64,000 nt of DNA, from contig NW_027117338.1 of assembly GCF_038025025.1 (NCBI RefSeq), positions 1,426,001 to 1,490,000 on the forward strand, written 5' to 3'. The notes under the pieces are model-generated. The model saw only the letters and a list, made by a program, of their open reading frames with translations, had not been told where the DNA came from and searched no databases. The position numbers and the translations under genes were made by a program. Shown in pieces: positions 25,299 through 37,763 of the stretch; the first letter of the stretch is position 1; each line of letters begins with the position of its first letter. This DNA is from Phyllosticta citribraziliensis (taxonomy: Eukaryota).

Positions 25299-26269
25299 AT
25301 GGCTCGAGCCACCAATCACGCGGCGAAGCCGTGGGCAGATCAGCCTTGCCCGTTGATCAAGACTCCGCAATTCGAGACGAAAAAGGTCAGTATGCTCGAA
25401 TTGTCATCCTAGCACGCTCAGAAGCATTCAACTGAGGCCATGCACAGGACGACATCTTCACCAAGGGCGCGACACATATGGCACTGCTGCACAATGCCAT
25501 CCTCCGAGGATTCAACACGATATACCTTCAGGCGCCGCACGTCAAGGATGAGCAAGAAAAGGCCGACTTTATCGGATACAGCCTTGCCTGGCACAAGTTT
25601 GTCGCGTCACACCATGATGACGAAGAGCGCGAGTTATTTCCAGCCGTCGAAGGAGTGCTGAAGGAAACGGGAATCTGGGAAAAGACGCACCAAGAACATG
25701 GTAAGCGGTAGTCCCTCCGGAGCATTCGTCACAGCTGGATCCTGACCACCACGACCACATCAGAATCCTTCCTTGGCGGCCTCGCCGACTTTGAGATCTA
25801 CCTCAGCTCCCTCCACTCGCCGTATGCGTTTTCCGGTACTGAACTTGTCCGCATCATGGACACGTTCCGCGAACCGTTTGTCAACCACTTCCACTCGGAA
25901 ATTGCCACCATTGCCAACTTCTCCACGCTGCCCAACGCGCCAGCAGCAGGGTCTCCCGAGGCGGATACGACGGCGGCAACATTCAAGGCATGGGGCAAGA
26001 AGACGTTGACCAAAGCCGGCATGACGGACGTGGTACCCTTCTGTCTGTTGAATATGGACGGCACGTACGAGGACGGCATGTGGGCAAACTGGCCGCCGAT
26101 GCCTGGACCAATACGGTGGATGATGGTGAACGTGTTTGGCAGCTGGAACTGGGGCTGGTGGCGGTTTGCGAGCTGCTACGGCAACGGGATGCCGCGGCCT
26201 TTGTACGCGCTCGAGGGTGTCGCGGACGAAGCAGCCGGCAAGAAGGAATCGGACAAGGGCGAGCTGTGA
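25299..26269 (+). CDS. Hemerythrin/HHE cation-binding domain protein (~281 aa; an upstream in-frame ATG at 25230 is possible)
   Basis: Exons 25299-25385, 25448-25700 and 25764-26269 are in frame. Di-iron ligand pattern HNAILRG..HHDDEE..HQEH..HFHSE. Confidence 0.85.
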
Positions 26270-27546
26270 GACAGGATAAGGAGGCTTCCAGCGTATTTCC
26301 CTCAATACCTCAGGGGGCGCAGGAACATATTTGGCGCGCTTGAGGCTGTTCGGGTATGGCTGGAGTTGGTTCGGAGTTGGGGAACGGAGCATGTTCAAGA
26401 GGCATTGATCGATTTCTGGAGCACGTAGGCATTGAGGGATTTGTCGCTGACGAGCAACGGTTTCAGCGTGCGCTCACTGATGCGTGATGGGCCACTGCAG
26501 TGTCCGGTGAGAGTAGCAGCTCAAAGGGAGCATTCGTCTCTCGGGACTCGGCAGTGGTGGAGGCAGAGAAACCCGGGCGAACGGGGAATCAGTCCCAGGT
26601 TCCAGACTGCCGGTTGGTGCTTGTCTTGTCGAATCCAAGGCGATCTCGAGCTCGCCAACGGGATGGGATTGGAGACGTTGACGTTGCCCCGCAGGATATC
26701 TCGTGAGACGGCGGTTGAGGTGGGATGGCTTCAGTGCCGTGGCTCTAGACCCCGAGACGTGCTGACGGGCTGCCTTGGGTGAAGATGAGCTTGACCTGTT
26801 GTGCAATTCCGAAATAGAAAGTTGTTGAGCAGCAGACGGCGCATCAAGGCCCCTGATGGTGCAGTGCAGCATGTGCAGAGGGAGCGCGACCTACAGCCAG
26901 AGCGTGTGCAGGCAGCCCTCGTGTATCTGTGGCCGTGGCCACGCGCAGTCAGGAGCACATGGCTCTGGTGTGGCTGCAAGGCACGAGACGCAGTATTCAG
27001 CATGAAACGACGGCCATGAATCTGTTTAGTTTAGAGGCTCTGGTGTCGCGGTGCAGGCGATGGGATTCAGCATCAGGACGAGGGGCTGTCATCGGGAAAC
27101 CCCACGGCACTCCGCCACTCCGTCATGGTGCGGGAGGGAGCCGATTGCGAGACCCTGCCACACTGCGGATGAAGCGAGGAGTGAGGGAACCCAAGAGGCC
27201 GAGAGATTTCCTTGGCCAGGCTTGGGTAATGGCATGCTGTAACCCGGAGCGAGCGAGGGAGAGACCAAATCCGGCGCCGAGGGCCTACCTGACTTGCTTA
27301 GGTCCCTTCGACTTCACTTGCAGCGTCGCTCCTATAAAGCACGCCGCGTATCCACGGCTCTAGAGACAAACGCCTCATCGACCCTTTGCGACGACATCGA
27401 CAGCGACAGCCACGCGCCCGCCCCGACTCAGTCGTAATCAATCTTACGGGCCCCGATCGAACAAAAAAAACCGTTGAGCGCGAGTCGGCGACCGCGGCAG
27501 ATCACGATCCGTTACAGTCATAGCCCGCTCACCAACAAACCGGACA

Positions 27547-28422
27547 ATGGCCAGCCAAGGTGCGTCGGCGTCAATTTTCACTTACATTGATGTATCCCAC
27601 CCCCAATGCCCCAGCGACTGCTCCTCCCCGTCCACCTCTGCAGCTCCGCCGCTCTGTTCCAGAGAGCACATTCCGCTGCCCGCTCCTTTTCCACTGTTTC
27701 GCATCGCCGCATCATGACTCAAGCTCGCGCTGGTACGCATGATTGGGTCGCTTGAACTCCGTCCACCGAGGCTGACATCACAATCGTACGACTCTGCAGA
27801 CGCTTTCGACCGGGTGCTCGCGGGCAACAAGTCGTACGCCCGCCGTTGCTACGAGCATGAGCCACAGCTCTGGCAGTCGCTCTCCAAGGGCCAGGCCCCG
27901 GACGTCCTGTGGTTTGGCTGCGGCGACAGTCGCGTCCCCGAGACAACCATCTGCGACTGCAAGCCCGGCGACATCTTTGTCCACCGCAACATCGCCAACA
28001 TCATCGCCCCGGGCGACCTGAGCTCCGAGTCCATCATCGACTTTGCCGTCGGCGCCGTCAAGGTCAAGAAAATCGTCGTCTGCGGCCACACAAAGTGCGG
28101 AGGTGCCGTCAACTCGCTGACCGACGCCGACCTGGGGCCCGCCCTCAACAACTGGCTGCAGCCGCTGCGCGACCTGCGCCGCAAGCACCAGGCTGAGATT
28201 GACGCCCTCGACTCCATCGACGACAAGTCGGTTCGCCTCGCCGAGCTCAACGTCCGCCAGTCCGTCGACACCATCAAGCGCAACCCCACCGTCCAAAAGG
28301 CAGTTGCCGAGCGCGGCGTCACCATCCACGGCGTCCTCTTTGACATTGTCACTGGCGAGCTCAAGGTCCTCGACGCCTCCGACGACGAGCCCCTCTCGGC
28401 CGCCCCCTGGCAACACAGGTAG
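27547..28422 (+). CDS. NCE103: Beta-class carbonic anhydrase (Nce103/Can-like); cytosolic form ~211 aa, alternative presequence form ~249 aa
   Basis: Zn-binding motifs GCGDSRVP, FVHRNIAN and VCGHTKCGG. The common exon is 27800-28422. First exon is 27547-27559 (MASQ) or 27606-27732, both phase 1. Confidence 0.92.
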
Positions 28423-29079
28423 ACTTCTTGAAGGAACGAATCGGCGTTATTTATTCTTTGTTTGTTGTTTGGGCCTGTCGACACCGATGGCAGAAGGATT
28501 GATGGAGTTGTGGATATTTGTCGAGTGGCAGCGGGTACCCTCCCCCACCGTTATGGTTATAGATGAGCACGCTTTGGACCCCCAAGTTTTGTATCCTCGT
28601 GAGGTGGAAGAATTCAAGTCTCACGGCCATTCTTCTCCATGCTGCTCTCACTCCATGTGCGATTTCCGTGTCTCTCCCGTCTCCTGGAAACAAAGAAAGA
28701 AACAAAGAAAGAGCTTGGGCCGTGGCTTGTTGCAAAGAACAAAGCTGACGTTCAACGTGGGTTCCATGTTCCCGAGCCGGACCCTGTTCCATAAATCCTC
28801 TCACCGCCTGATCCCCAAACCACACTTGCCCCATGGATCCCTTGGCCGCCATTTACCCACAACTTGATCCCCTCTGCTTGTCAAGCCTGATGCTTAGATT
28901 CCTTCGTTCAACTATTGGAATTGGTAAGGACAAGTGCAAGCGGAAAATGGCAGGGAAGGAAGTATAAGTACTGCCATTCGCATACCTCCTTTGCTCAATC
29001 GTCCGTCTACAGCATCAACCTCTGGGAATCACTGGAGCCGTGCATTGTCTACTTGAGAGTATATTTGAATGTATATGTA

Positions 29080-29945
29080 ATGTGCTTCTCCGCCGGCAAG
29101 CGAGATATTGCTCTGCAGCACATCAAGGAATTCAACCGCAGGCGGGATCGGTTTCTGGACCGGCGCTGGCCGGCGGTATTTACCACGTCTTCCAAGGCTT
29201 TGGTATGCCACTCCCTCCTTCCCAAGCCCAGCTTGACCTTCGGACAGTTGGCTCACACATCTCAGGTATTCTGTCTGCCCTCCAGCGCGCGGTCCAATTC
29301 CTCACTCATCTTGCCCACCAAGCTGCCTGAGTCGCCGGGCCTCGTTCGTCTGTACATGTGCACGAAAACGACGGCGGTCTGGAACCCGACAAGGAGCAGG
29401 CGTCGCTCTACGCGGCGGCAGAAAGCGTCATGTCCAACGCCCATCTGTTGCTCCAGCGTTTCCCGAAACACGTGGGACTGCCCAGTCAGAATTATATCCC
29501 AATTTACCCGTTCGACAATGGCTATGACCCAACCAGCTGCAGAGAGTCCATAAACTCCGATCAAAAAGTACGTCGAGGACACGGTTCTGCTCAATGGGTT
29601 CCGTTCTATCGCCACGTTCCACGTCAGGGGAGCGTTCCTCCGGACCTCGTCCGCGATACGACAAGTTGCTCTCGGCTCTACTGCCATTGCAGTGACATGT
29701 GTAGATCTAAGGTACGAATGTATTTTGGGTGGCTTCAGACCGGGTTGGTGGTCGATGCTTGCTGCATTGACTTCAAAAGGTTGACTTCCGCTGACTTCTG
29801 TAGGAAAATGGATAAAGTAAAGAGCGAAGAGAATGCGGAAAAGTATTGGGTTCTCGGGTGCCAACAGCATCCCTCTGGGCCCATCGAAGAACCACCGCCG
29901 TGGTGGCGCTGGCAACATGGACGAGGCGCCTTCGACTTCCTCTGA
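29080..29945 (+). pseudogene. Possible orphan gene or frameshifted relic
   Basis: Candidate intron 29203-29265. Protein-like sequence moves from one frame (..VRLY) to another (VHENDGG..AFDFL*) near 29355. No family recognised. Confidence 0.25.
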
Positions 29946-30194
29946 CCAGACATCAAGACTGGCTCACGCTGAGGCTACTGCGTGGAAGAGTGAGTAGAAG
30001 TGATCCGCCATGAGGCCAAGCAGGACATAATTAACACAGAGCCTCAGCTTTGGTGTTTATTTCGGAGTGCGGCATGATGCAGGCGCTGTACCGGCCAGAA
30101 GTTGTCGCCCACCCACAAACCTATTTTAACTCCCGCCGGCGTCCACCTCCAACAAAATCCAACCACCAACCTTTCCGGAGCTGCACCGACAGCC

Positions 30195-30952
30195 ATGGCG
30201 AGCCCTGCTATGGATGAAAGCTGCCGCAATGGCTACAACGGCCCTCGCGAGGTCAACAACAACAACCAGTCTCGCGAAGCCGATGTAGACGAGGAAGCTC
30301 ATGAAGCTGAAGCCAACAACGGTCCCGAAGCTCTTGGATCTGGTGAGATTCTTCGACTTACATCAAGGCTGCTTTGCTTACGCTCTCCAGGCTCCGAGAC
30401 CATCGCAACCATCGCGAACACTTCGTCTTCTCCCGGCAACACTGAAGTATACAACGAACACCCAAGCGAGCATGGTTTTCCAACCATCTCCGGTACAGTC
30501 CCTCCTGTTGGTCATCTCTCGCTCCGCTAACCTTTCTCCCAGGTGTGACCTACCAGCGACTTCCAAGGCTCGCAACAGTCCCCGGTGTCAGGCTTGTCGG
30601 CACAGGTCACGCTATCCACCCCGGTTGGGTGACTCCCAGTGGGCGCATGGTGCGCGAACGCTACTGGTCGTTGGAGTGCCCGATGCCAGGCGGATACTGG
30701 CGCATTGTCCGGCGTTATCGATGGGTCCGCGCCTGGGTTTGTAAGTGTCCAAGCTCATCTTCGCTCTTGCATCAAATGTCTGACTTCCGAAAGAAACCTA
30801 TCGATGCAGGCGGAGAAGCCGAACATGGGCAGCCTGTGAGCACTCATCTCGTCAAATTCACTGCTCACCGCAAGGGCTTCTTTGTCATCACAACGACGGG
30901 GATTCAAAGTTACAAGCTGTACATGGATGAGAATCCTCTTGGTACACGGTAA
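30195..30952 (+). CDS. Four-exon orphan hypothetical protein (~196 aa)
   Basis: GCCATGG start. Introns 30343-30390, 30493-30542 and 30741-30809 are all GT-AG with branch-like sites (CTTAC, CTAAC, CTGAC) and keep the frame to TAA at 30952. Confidence 0.55.
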
Positions 30953-33900
30953 AGGAGCATGCGGTCGCTAGCTGGGGCTTGACGAAGGGGTTGAGAGAAT
31001 CGTGTTGGAGAGAGGGTTGGACGGTGAGAAAAAAGGCGCACGCAGACTGAGCACAGCGAACGCCACTACGCGGAGGACAGTCAGACCGAGCTTGGATCAA
31101 CGGAGGGTATTTTCTCTTGCGATAGAGTAGAAGAAGTCACTGCGCTCAACAATAATGGCAAAGCTTGGTCAGGATTTGAAGAAGCTGGCCTTTTCAGGCA
31201 AACAGCACAGGAGCAGGGCTCCATTCTTGAAGTAGTACGTCCTCAATTGGCCTTGTTCATGTTATCTCTTGAAACGTTTCTGCCCTTGTCCATTTGCTGC
31301 TCTCCGACGATGCCGCCAACAATGAACGCTCCCCAGAGGCTGTGGACAATGTCAATGGTAAGAAGCTCCACAAAAACCTCCTGTACAGTTGCTTAGTCTG
31401 TCGTAGACTCTGACGTTCAAGCTGTAGTCACTGTTTTTGCATCCCCGACACACACTCTCATGAGCAGTCAGCCAAGGGATGACTACTGTATAATGGCCCG
31501 AACCAGATGGAACAATGGGCGCGGATCGGATGGAGCAAACACGGCTCCGGACCGCATCCGCGTGTTGAAAGCGCTCCCATGCTTTGGTGGAACCATGGCC
31601 AACATCACCACCAAAACCGTCCGGGGGCTGCGACAAGCCCATATGGAGCCAGGTGCGCCTTTGACGACCTCCACGGCGTCTCGTACTTGGCGGTTTTACC
31701 CGAGAAATTTTGCAAGCAGCAGGTCTCGAGAAATTCACATTTGCGCCCAGAGCCGGTGTTGGACAAGAACGAAAGGAGACGTCGCGCCCAAGCAAACGGG
31801 GGTTTCTGCTTGATCGATTGTATTCTCCACTTGTTTCCTGCTTCATGCAGCCCCCAAGCGACCGATGTCCAGACGGCGAGTAAAGTACAATGCGGCTCTG
31901 AAGTTCAGTGTGTTTCCGCAGAGCTCACCCATCAGCGGACTCCAACCGTGCGCCCTTTGCGCATGGACTTTACCCCAAAAGCCAGGCTGGCTGAGTCGTC
32001 CAACGTCGTCTGGAAGTACCATCGCCGATACCACTCTGTCCACTAGACACGGCGCTCTCGCCTCCTGCAAGGGTGAGTAAAATCTTTTTGGTCCCCAGCT
32101 CGGATGTTTTCTAACTCCAACAGGCATGCCTGTCGACGTGAGCTCGTCGATGTGGGAAGTGTGGTGTCAGACGACAACAAACACGAAACTTTGAGAGGTG
32201 GTTCCCTTCAGGCACTGACTGATGAGTACTGGGGACCAACACTATACGATTCGAGGGAGCATACTCAATACCAATCCTCTGGTGCAACCCCCGTACGTTG
32301 CATCTGCTCAGAAGTGTCAATTTGATGGTAAAATCGACTGCTTTGCTTGAGCGAAGAAATGCAGATGTCGGGGAGACGGGTAATTAGTTTGTTGGTAGAT
32401 AGTCTGCAAGGAATCGAAGCATTTGTTTTGTTTGATTTTTCCGAACTCGTCTCGGGTAGCAAAGTGGTCTAAGGGGGTAATCCAACGCCGACACTCGTTC
32501 GATGCCAAACCAAAGCGGAGCTCATCATTCGATGACTTTTGACTGATCATAGGCCCAAGCCCAGGCGTGTTCTCGTACCCGCATCGCCGTATCTCTCTGG
32601 CCCCACCTGCGCTCCCTTGTTATGCAGAATATAATGACATTTTCCCGCTATGTCTTCCACGTACGACCATAGCAGGTAGAAAACTCGGAACCCCGTCCGC
32701 TCTTCCATAGATAAGCTACCTTGCGGCCGATTAGTAGTTGCGTGGGTGACCAGCAGCGAATCCCGGCTGTTGTACGTTTTGCATTTTGTTTTGTGGGTCA
32801 GTGTGGCCGAAGAAGTGTGTGCTGTGGGTGGGCCGAATGCTCCTTACCCCTGACACGACGACCCCTTTGGTTTTTTTGCCGACTCTCTCCAAGCTGTACT
32901 TCACTCAAAGCAAGTGCAAGAAACGCAGTCGGACTTCTCGCGTCTTGATGGGGGGGTCCGCAGTTTGCAACTGACCGTCGACCAATTTCATCGCTCCGAG
33001 CTGACCGACTCAGCAGCGAAGTCGGCGTTCTTGTTTGGCCTCAGGCACGAAAGCTCTGTTTGCTTGCTTTTTACCGGGTAAGAATGGCGCTGCGTTCAAA
33101 GTTGCGTTTTAGCCAATCACAAATCCACCCGCAGGAAGAAGAGGGGGAAATCGGGCCTTTGCTTCGCTTTGCTTCGCATTGCTTCGCAAACGCGTCCTCG
33201 TCTTTGCACATGTCCTCTTTCTCTGTCAGCGTCGACTTCTTATGAGAGTCAGGCGAATTGGATAGAAGATGGAGATGAGGCTTCTGCGGCGGTCGGTTGT
33301 AGCCGGCTATCGCGCTGTGAGGAATTGACTGGGCTGGGTAGCCGGCGAGAGCCTCAGGCGCGCAACTTGGCCTTGAGGTGTGTGGTTGCAACCGGTTGCA
33401 ACCAGCTGCTACGTTCGAAGTTGTATCCTGACCAATGGCAAGAGGGATGAGCTGAACATGCTTTTGCAGAATCTTGGTTTCTCCCCTCCCACTCTTCCTT
33501 TGACCCCTTCCGCTCTTTGCTTTCCACCCCGTGAAGAAGAAGAGATCGAAACGGAACCGCCGAAGGAGTCTCCTTGCGACGTGAGGCTGGTCGAATCCAA
33601 GGGAGAGATCCAGACGATGATGGAAGCGGCAGACATGTCCTCAGGCAGAAAAGACCGACTGGTCCGTGTTTTAACCAGTTCTAACCACACGCACGATGTT
33701 TGAAGTTGTTCGGCAGCCAATGACGAAGCTCAGCGGCAGAGCAACACGCAACGTCAGTTTCCCGTGCAGCTCAGCGACGTTCGAAGTTGTCTCGCCACCA
33801 ATCAGAGCCCGCGAGCAGCAGCGCAAAGCTCTCCGCTGCGTTGCAGCATCTCGTATCCAGCAGGCCAATAGGGAGACAACGGCAGCGCGATGCTGCCATT

Positions 33901-34088
33901 TCATTGGCGGACCCGCCAACTTCGAACATCTGTTGACCGCGCGAACTTTGTTCATGTGCAGTGTTGGAGCCTCATGCAGCAGCGATTGCGTGAGTTGCGC
34001 CGAAGCGAATGGCTGTTTTCAGAAGACGTCATCAAGAAATTGACCGACGAAGGGGTCGCGGGGGGCGTAGAAAGAAATGAGATTCCCT

Positions 34089-34158
34089 AGCTGCAATGAA
34101 CGAAAGCTCCTTAGGCGCAACTGCAGCAGTAAATGAACGCTCCCTAAGCGCAATCGCA
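34089..34158 (+). repeat. 33-bp dispersed repeat family, 2+ units
   Basis: ctgcaatgaacgaaagctccttaggcgc / aactgcagcagtaaatgaacgctccctaagcgc / aatcgca. Lies about 50 bp past the stop codon of the DUF1295 gene. Confidence 0.85.
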
Positions 34159-34204
34159 TTGCCTGAGGTGGATGCATATTGAGCAAATTTCAGTACATGC
34201 CTCA

Positions 34205-35290
34205 CTACCACAGCTTTGGGAACAGCATGGGCGTGTTTTTCTTCCACTCCTGATAGTCCTTGCGATCACCAAACTTCTTGTCGTACTTGTTTTCGCTCAG
34301 CGGGATACCAGAGATCTGATGCATTCAAGTCAGCGTACTTCCTTACTCCCCTCTTTCCCAACATCTAAGCATTGCGACTTACCTTGAGCAGCAAGAAGCT
34401 GACGAATCCCGGACTGACAGCACAAGCCGCTGCGGTGCCCAGTTGCGACGCCAGGGCCGTACTCAATCCCAAACCGCTCAATCCGACCTTGCTCGTCAAG
34501 ACTCCGCCGGCCGCGATCGCAATGCCTGTCCACAGGGTGATTTCTCCGAAATAGTTTGGATGCCTGCTCTTGCCCCACAGACCCCTCGTCAGAAACTCCT
34601 CGGAATGTTTCTTTTCCTTCTTCTCGTGCATCCACTGGGACTTTTGGCGATCGGCGGTGATTTCGAAGAGGATTCCGCCGACGTACAGCGCGAGACCAAG
34701 GAAGTCGGAGAGAAGGATGGAGGCAGGAAGCGACGAGAATGCGGATCCGGGCAATGCGTTGAGAAGGACGACGGGAAGAGTGCAGAGCGAAACCCAAGTT
34801 GCCTGCGCAAAGAAGGCGACGGCGAATTTGGGAGGTGATCCGCGAATGTTGTCGAACCGCGAGTCTCGGCCAGATTCGGCCGTGATGCGCGAGAGGAGGA
34901 ACGACCCCACTATCTCATGGTAAGAATATATCGCAGCAACAACGGAGGGCGGATTTTCCACATACGTCTGATCGCCCACAGGCTGACCGCAGCGGTCAGA
35001 GCAACCTGGCGCCAATTTGTTGCCTGCAGAACCTCGCCCAGTAATCCTGATGTCCCAAGTGTTCCGGCAGCCAGTCGTGCACGTAAGACGGGCAAGACCA
35101 GGCTGGCTCCAGTGCAGGCGAGATATGTCAAGCTACCACTGGCGTCGTAGAAGCGTTCGGATTTGGTTGCAATCGAGGGGACGGCCACGGCAGCTTGGAT
35201 ACCGTAAGCTAGAGCAAGGGTAGGGACGAGAGTGCGCAGAAGCGGGGTCTTGAACGCAGTTGCGTTGAGGAGGGTGGACAAGACAGCCAT
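34205..35290 (-). CDS. DUF1295 / steroid 5-alpha-reductase-like membrane protein (~320 aa)
   Basis: Introns 34910-34965 and 34316-34382. Motifs SERFYDASGS, WAIRLGSFL, DSRFD, ADRQK, GLWGKSRHPNYFGE, SGIPLSE. Confidence 0.9.
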
Positions 35291-36077
35291 GATGCTCGGG
35301 AGATTCCTGATACTGTCGAGGATACTGATCGTGTGTTGTGAATCTAGGGGTGCAATGGTCAAAAGCCAAGCTGGTGGAAGTGCGGAGAGCTCTTTGTACC
35401 TGAGCCGCGCGAATGCTGCAGAATGATTCAATGGCGCTGTCTAGTGATCTGGTACTGTCCAAGAAAGCACTTGAGCGGCAGGATTGATCCTCCACACGTC
35501 GAGAGAGCGATTGGGGCTCATTTTGGCGATGTTGCTAGTTAGACGGCGCGTAAGGATCGATGTCGTCACCGTCGGCCCCTCGGGGTAGGCAGACCGAGTC
35601 CCGAATCCGCGCCAAGAGCGCCCCCACGCGCTACCTACCCCTGCTTTTGTCCAGCGGCATGTGCACGAGCAGCCAACAGTCAAGTGTCTTGCAGTGTCGC
35701 ATCAATCATAATTTTGACTCTCTCTGAGGAGTACTGCTATCGCAGCATAGTAGTGTAACTTGTAATCTGTTTTCCGCCTTTTTGCTTCCATCATGCAGAA
35801 GCTCGGTCAGGGTGGAAATCAAATCGGCCGCAAAGAGGGCTCGACACAAAGGAAACCAATCAATACATCAATGGCCAAGTTCCAAACTCCAGGCCAAACT
35901 CCAGGCCCAAAAATCACAAGCCTGACAAGTCCCAAGAAGAACAGGACAGAAATCCAAGTTGGCACTCCATCAAGCAAAACCAGGCCGGGACTCTAAGCCA
36001 GGCTGGGAAGCTTCAAGTGTCTGCCAATGATGGATTAGCGCAGACTGTGAAACTTTACAGGAGCACTGCCAGCGCCT

Positions 36078-37213
36078 CTAGGTGACTTCCCTCTCTTGGA
36101 TGGAGTCGGGATACATCATCTTGCGCTGGTAACTTACTTCGGACAGCAAATTAGCGAGGCGGCAATTCTCCTCGACTACTCGACGGATGTCTTCGTGTGA
36201 GTGGGCGTCAAGACGTACGACAGTGTGCTTTGGCAGCCACCGGAGGATGTGGAAGGCGTTCACATAGACATTGGGAGTATTTGGGCCATAGGCATTGCGG
36301 TCGTACGGAAATTCCGGGAGGCTGATGGTCAACGTCTTCAAGCCCCAGCAGTAGCGCAAACCGAGGCGCACAAGCTCGGAGAAGCCGTCCAAGATGTCAT
36401 GGTAAGTGGGAAGACGTAGTCTGATGTGTTTGATGAGGCTCCGACTCCGCTGATGCAGGTGCATCAATGTACAGAGCCCCGTTGGTAGCCACAGCGTCAA
36501 CTCATTCTCCGAGTATAGTACCGGCTTCGCTTCGCGATGAATGAGCTTGGAGACGCGCAGAATCGCGGGAATCAGCGGCTCGCAATTCAAGCCCTTGTCG
36601 AAGGTGTGCTTGGGATTGACTCTATACTCGTCCCATTGTCTCCGGACTAGACGACGTTGGCTGGTCGTTCCTCTGCTCCAGCCTGTTTCGAAGGCGCAGT
36701 CTGACGAATCTTCCTTTTCCGATGTTGGATCATCTTGGGTGACAGAACGTGGCAGGTGCAAAAGGACGGGTTTGGGGCGGCATAGGGCCATGCGGTATAT
36801 TTCAAGGCGCAATTCTGCGGTGGTTGCAATTAGCAGCTTGTTTGCAAGTGGCGAGTAGACTCACCCGATGGCAGCTCCATAAATGGAAAGTAGTTGCGCT
36901 GGTGCAACCTCTGACTCCGTGATGGATCTGCGCATTGTCCTGAGCTAGCATCGGCTTGGGAAGCGCTTGTTCCATCATCTCCAGACTGCGACGTTGTTGA
37001 CATGCGCTTTTCGCGGCGCGTCATTCGCTTCGTTCCCGAGTCTGGCTTGTCCTCAGGAGGAGCGTGCGCATCGAGCTGACTCTCGAGATTCTCTTGGAGC
37101 AATCCGTGCGGCCTTCTGTGCTTCTCTGGCGACGGAGTGCGAAGTGTTCTGGTCAAGCGGATAGTGGGCTGAGCAGGGCTCGGCTGGTCGGAAGAGGCGG
37201 CGGGCCCCGCCAT
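36078..37213 (-). CDS. Hypothetical protein with an F-box-like/2EXR-like motif (~361 aa)
   Basis: Intron 36815-36864 restores FPFMELPSELRLEIYRMAL. Downstream ILRVSKLIHREAKPVLYSEN is typical of these fungal proteins. Confidence 0.75.
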
Positions 37214-37763
37214 CGTGTACCTAGGCTGCCAAGTACCTAAATATGCGATTTAGGATGTTGAGGGCTTTGTGTAAGACAGGCGTATTAGAGACGGGGAGGA
37301 TGATGGCGAGGAGCGACAGGGACTGGACGAGGTGAGGATGGAATGTTTGGGGAGCTGTCCGTAGAGTGGTTGGTCGATCTTGCGCCCGGCGCGGGGTGGG
37401 TGGCCGTGATGTCAGCCGGCTGCACAGTTTGCTGCCTTGTCGCTCAGGCGCATCTCAACGCGACAGCGGAATTCTCCCTACGAAGACTCTGGTCAGTTGT
37501 CGTCTTGCTGCTGTCAAGCTCAAGTACTTCGTCGACTGCGCGCGCCCAACTGCAATCAGCTAGCGCCTGCCCCAGAGGATATGCGCCGTTTCTAATCCTG
37601 CAACGTGGTAGTCCGCATCAACATGGTCGCCAATTTGACGCATGTGATACTAAGATTGTGGCAAGGGATTTTGGCAAGGAGTTGCTTAGATGACGGTCAC
37701 TAGAAAGCAAGATGGGACGGACGCTTCTCCGATCACAACGTTTCTTGCTCAGCTATTTCGAGT

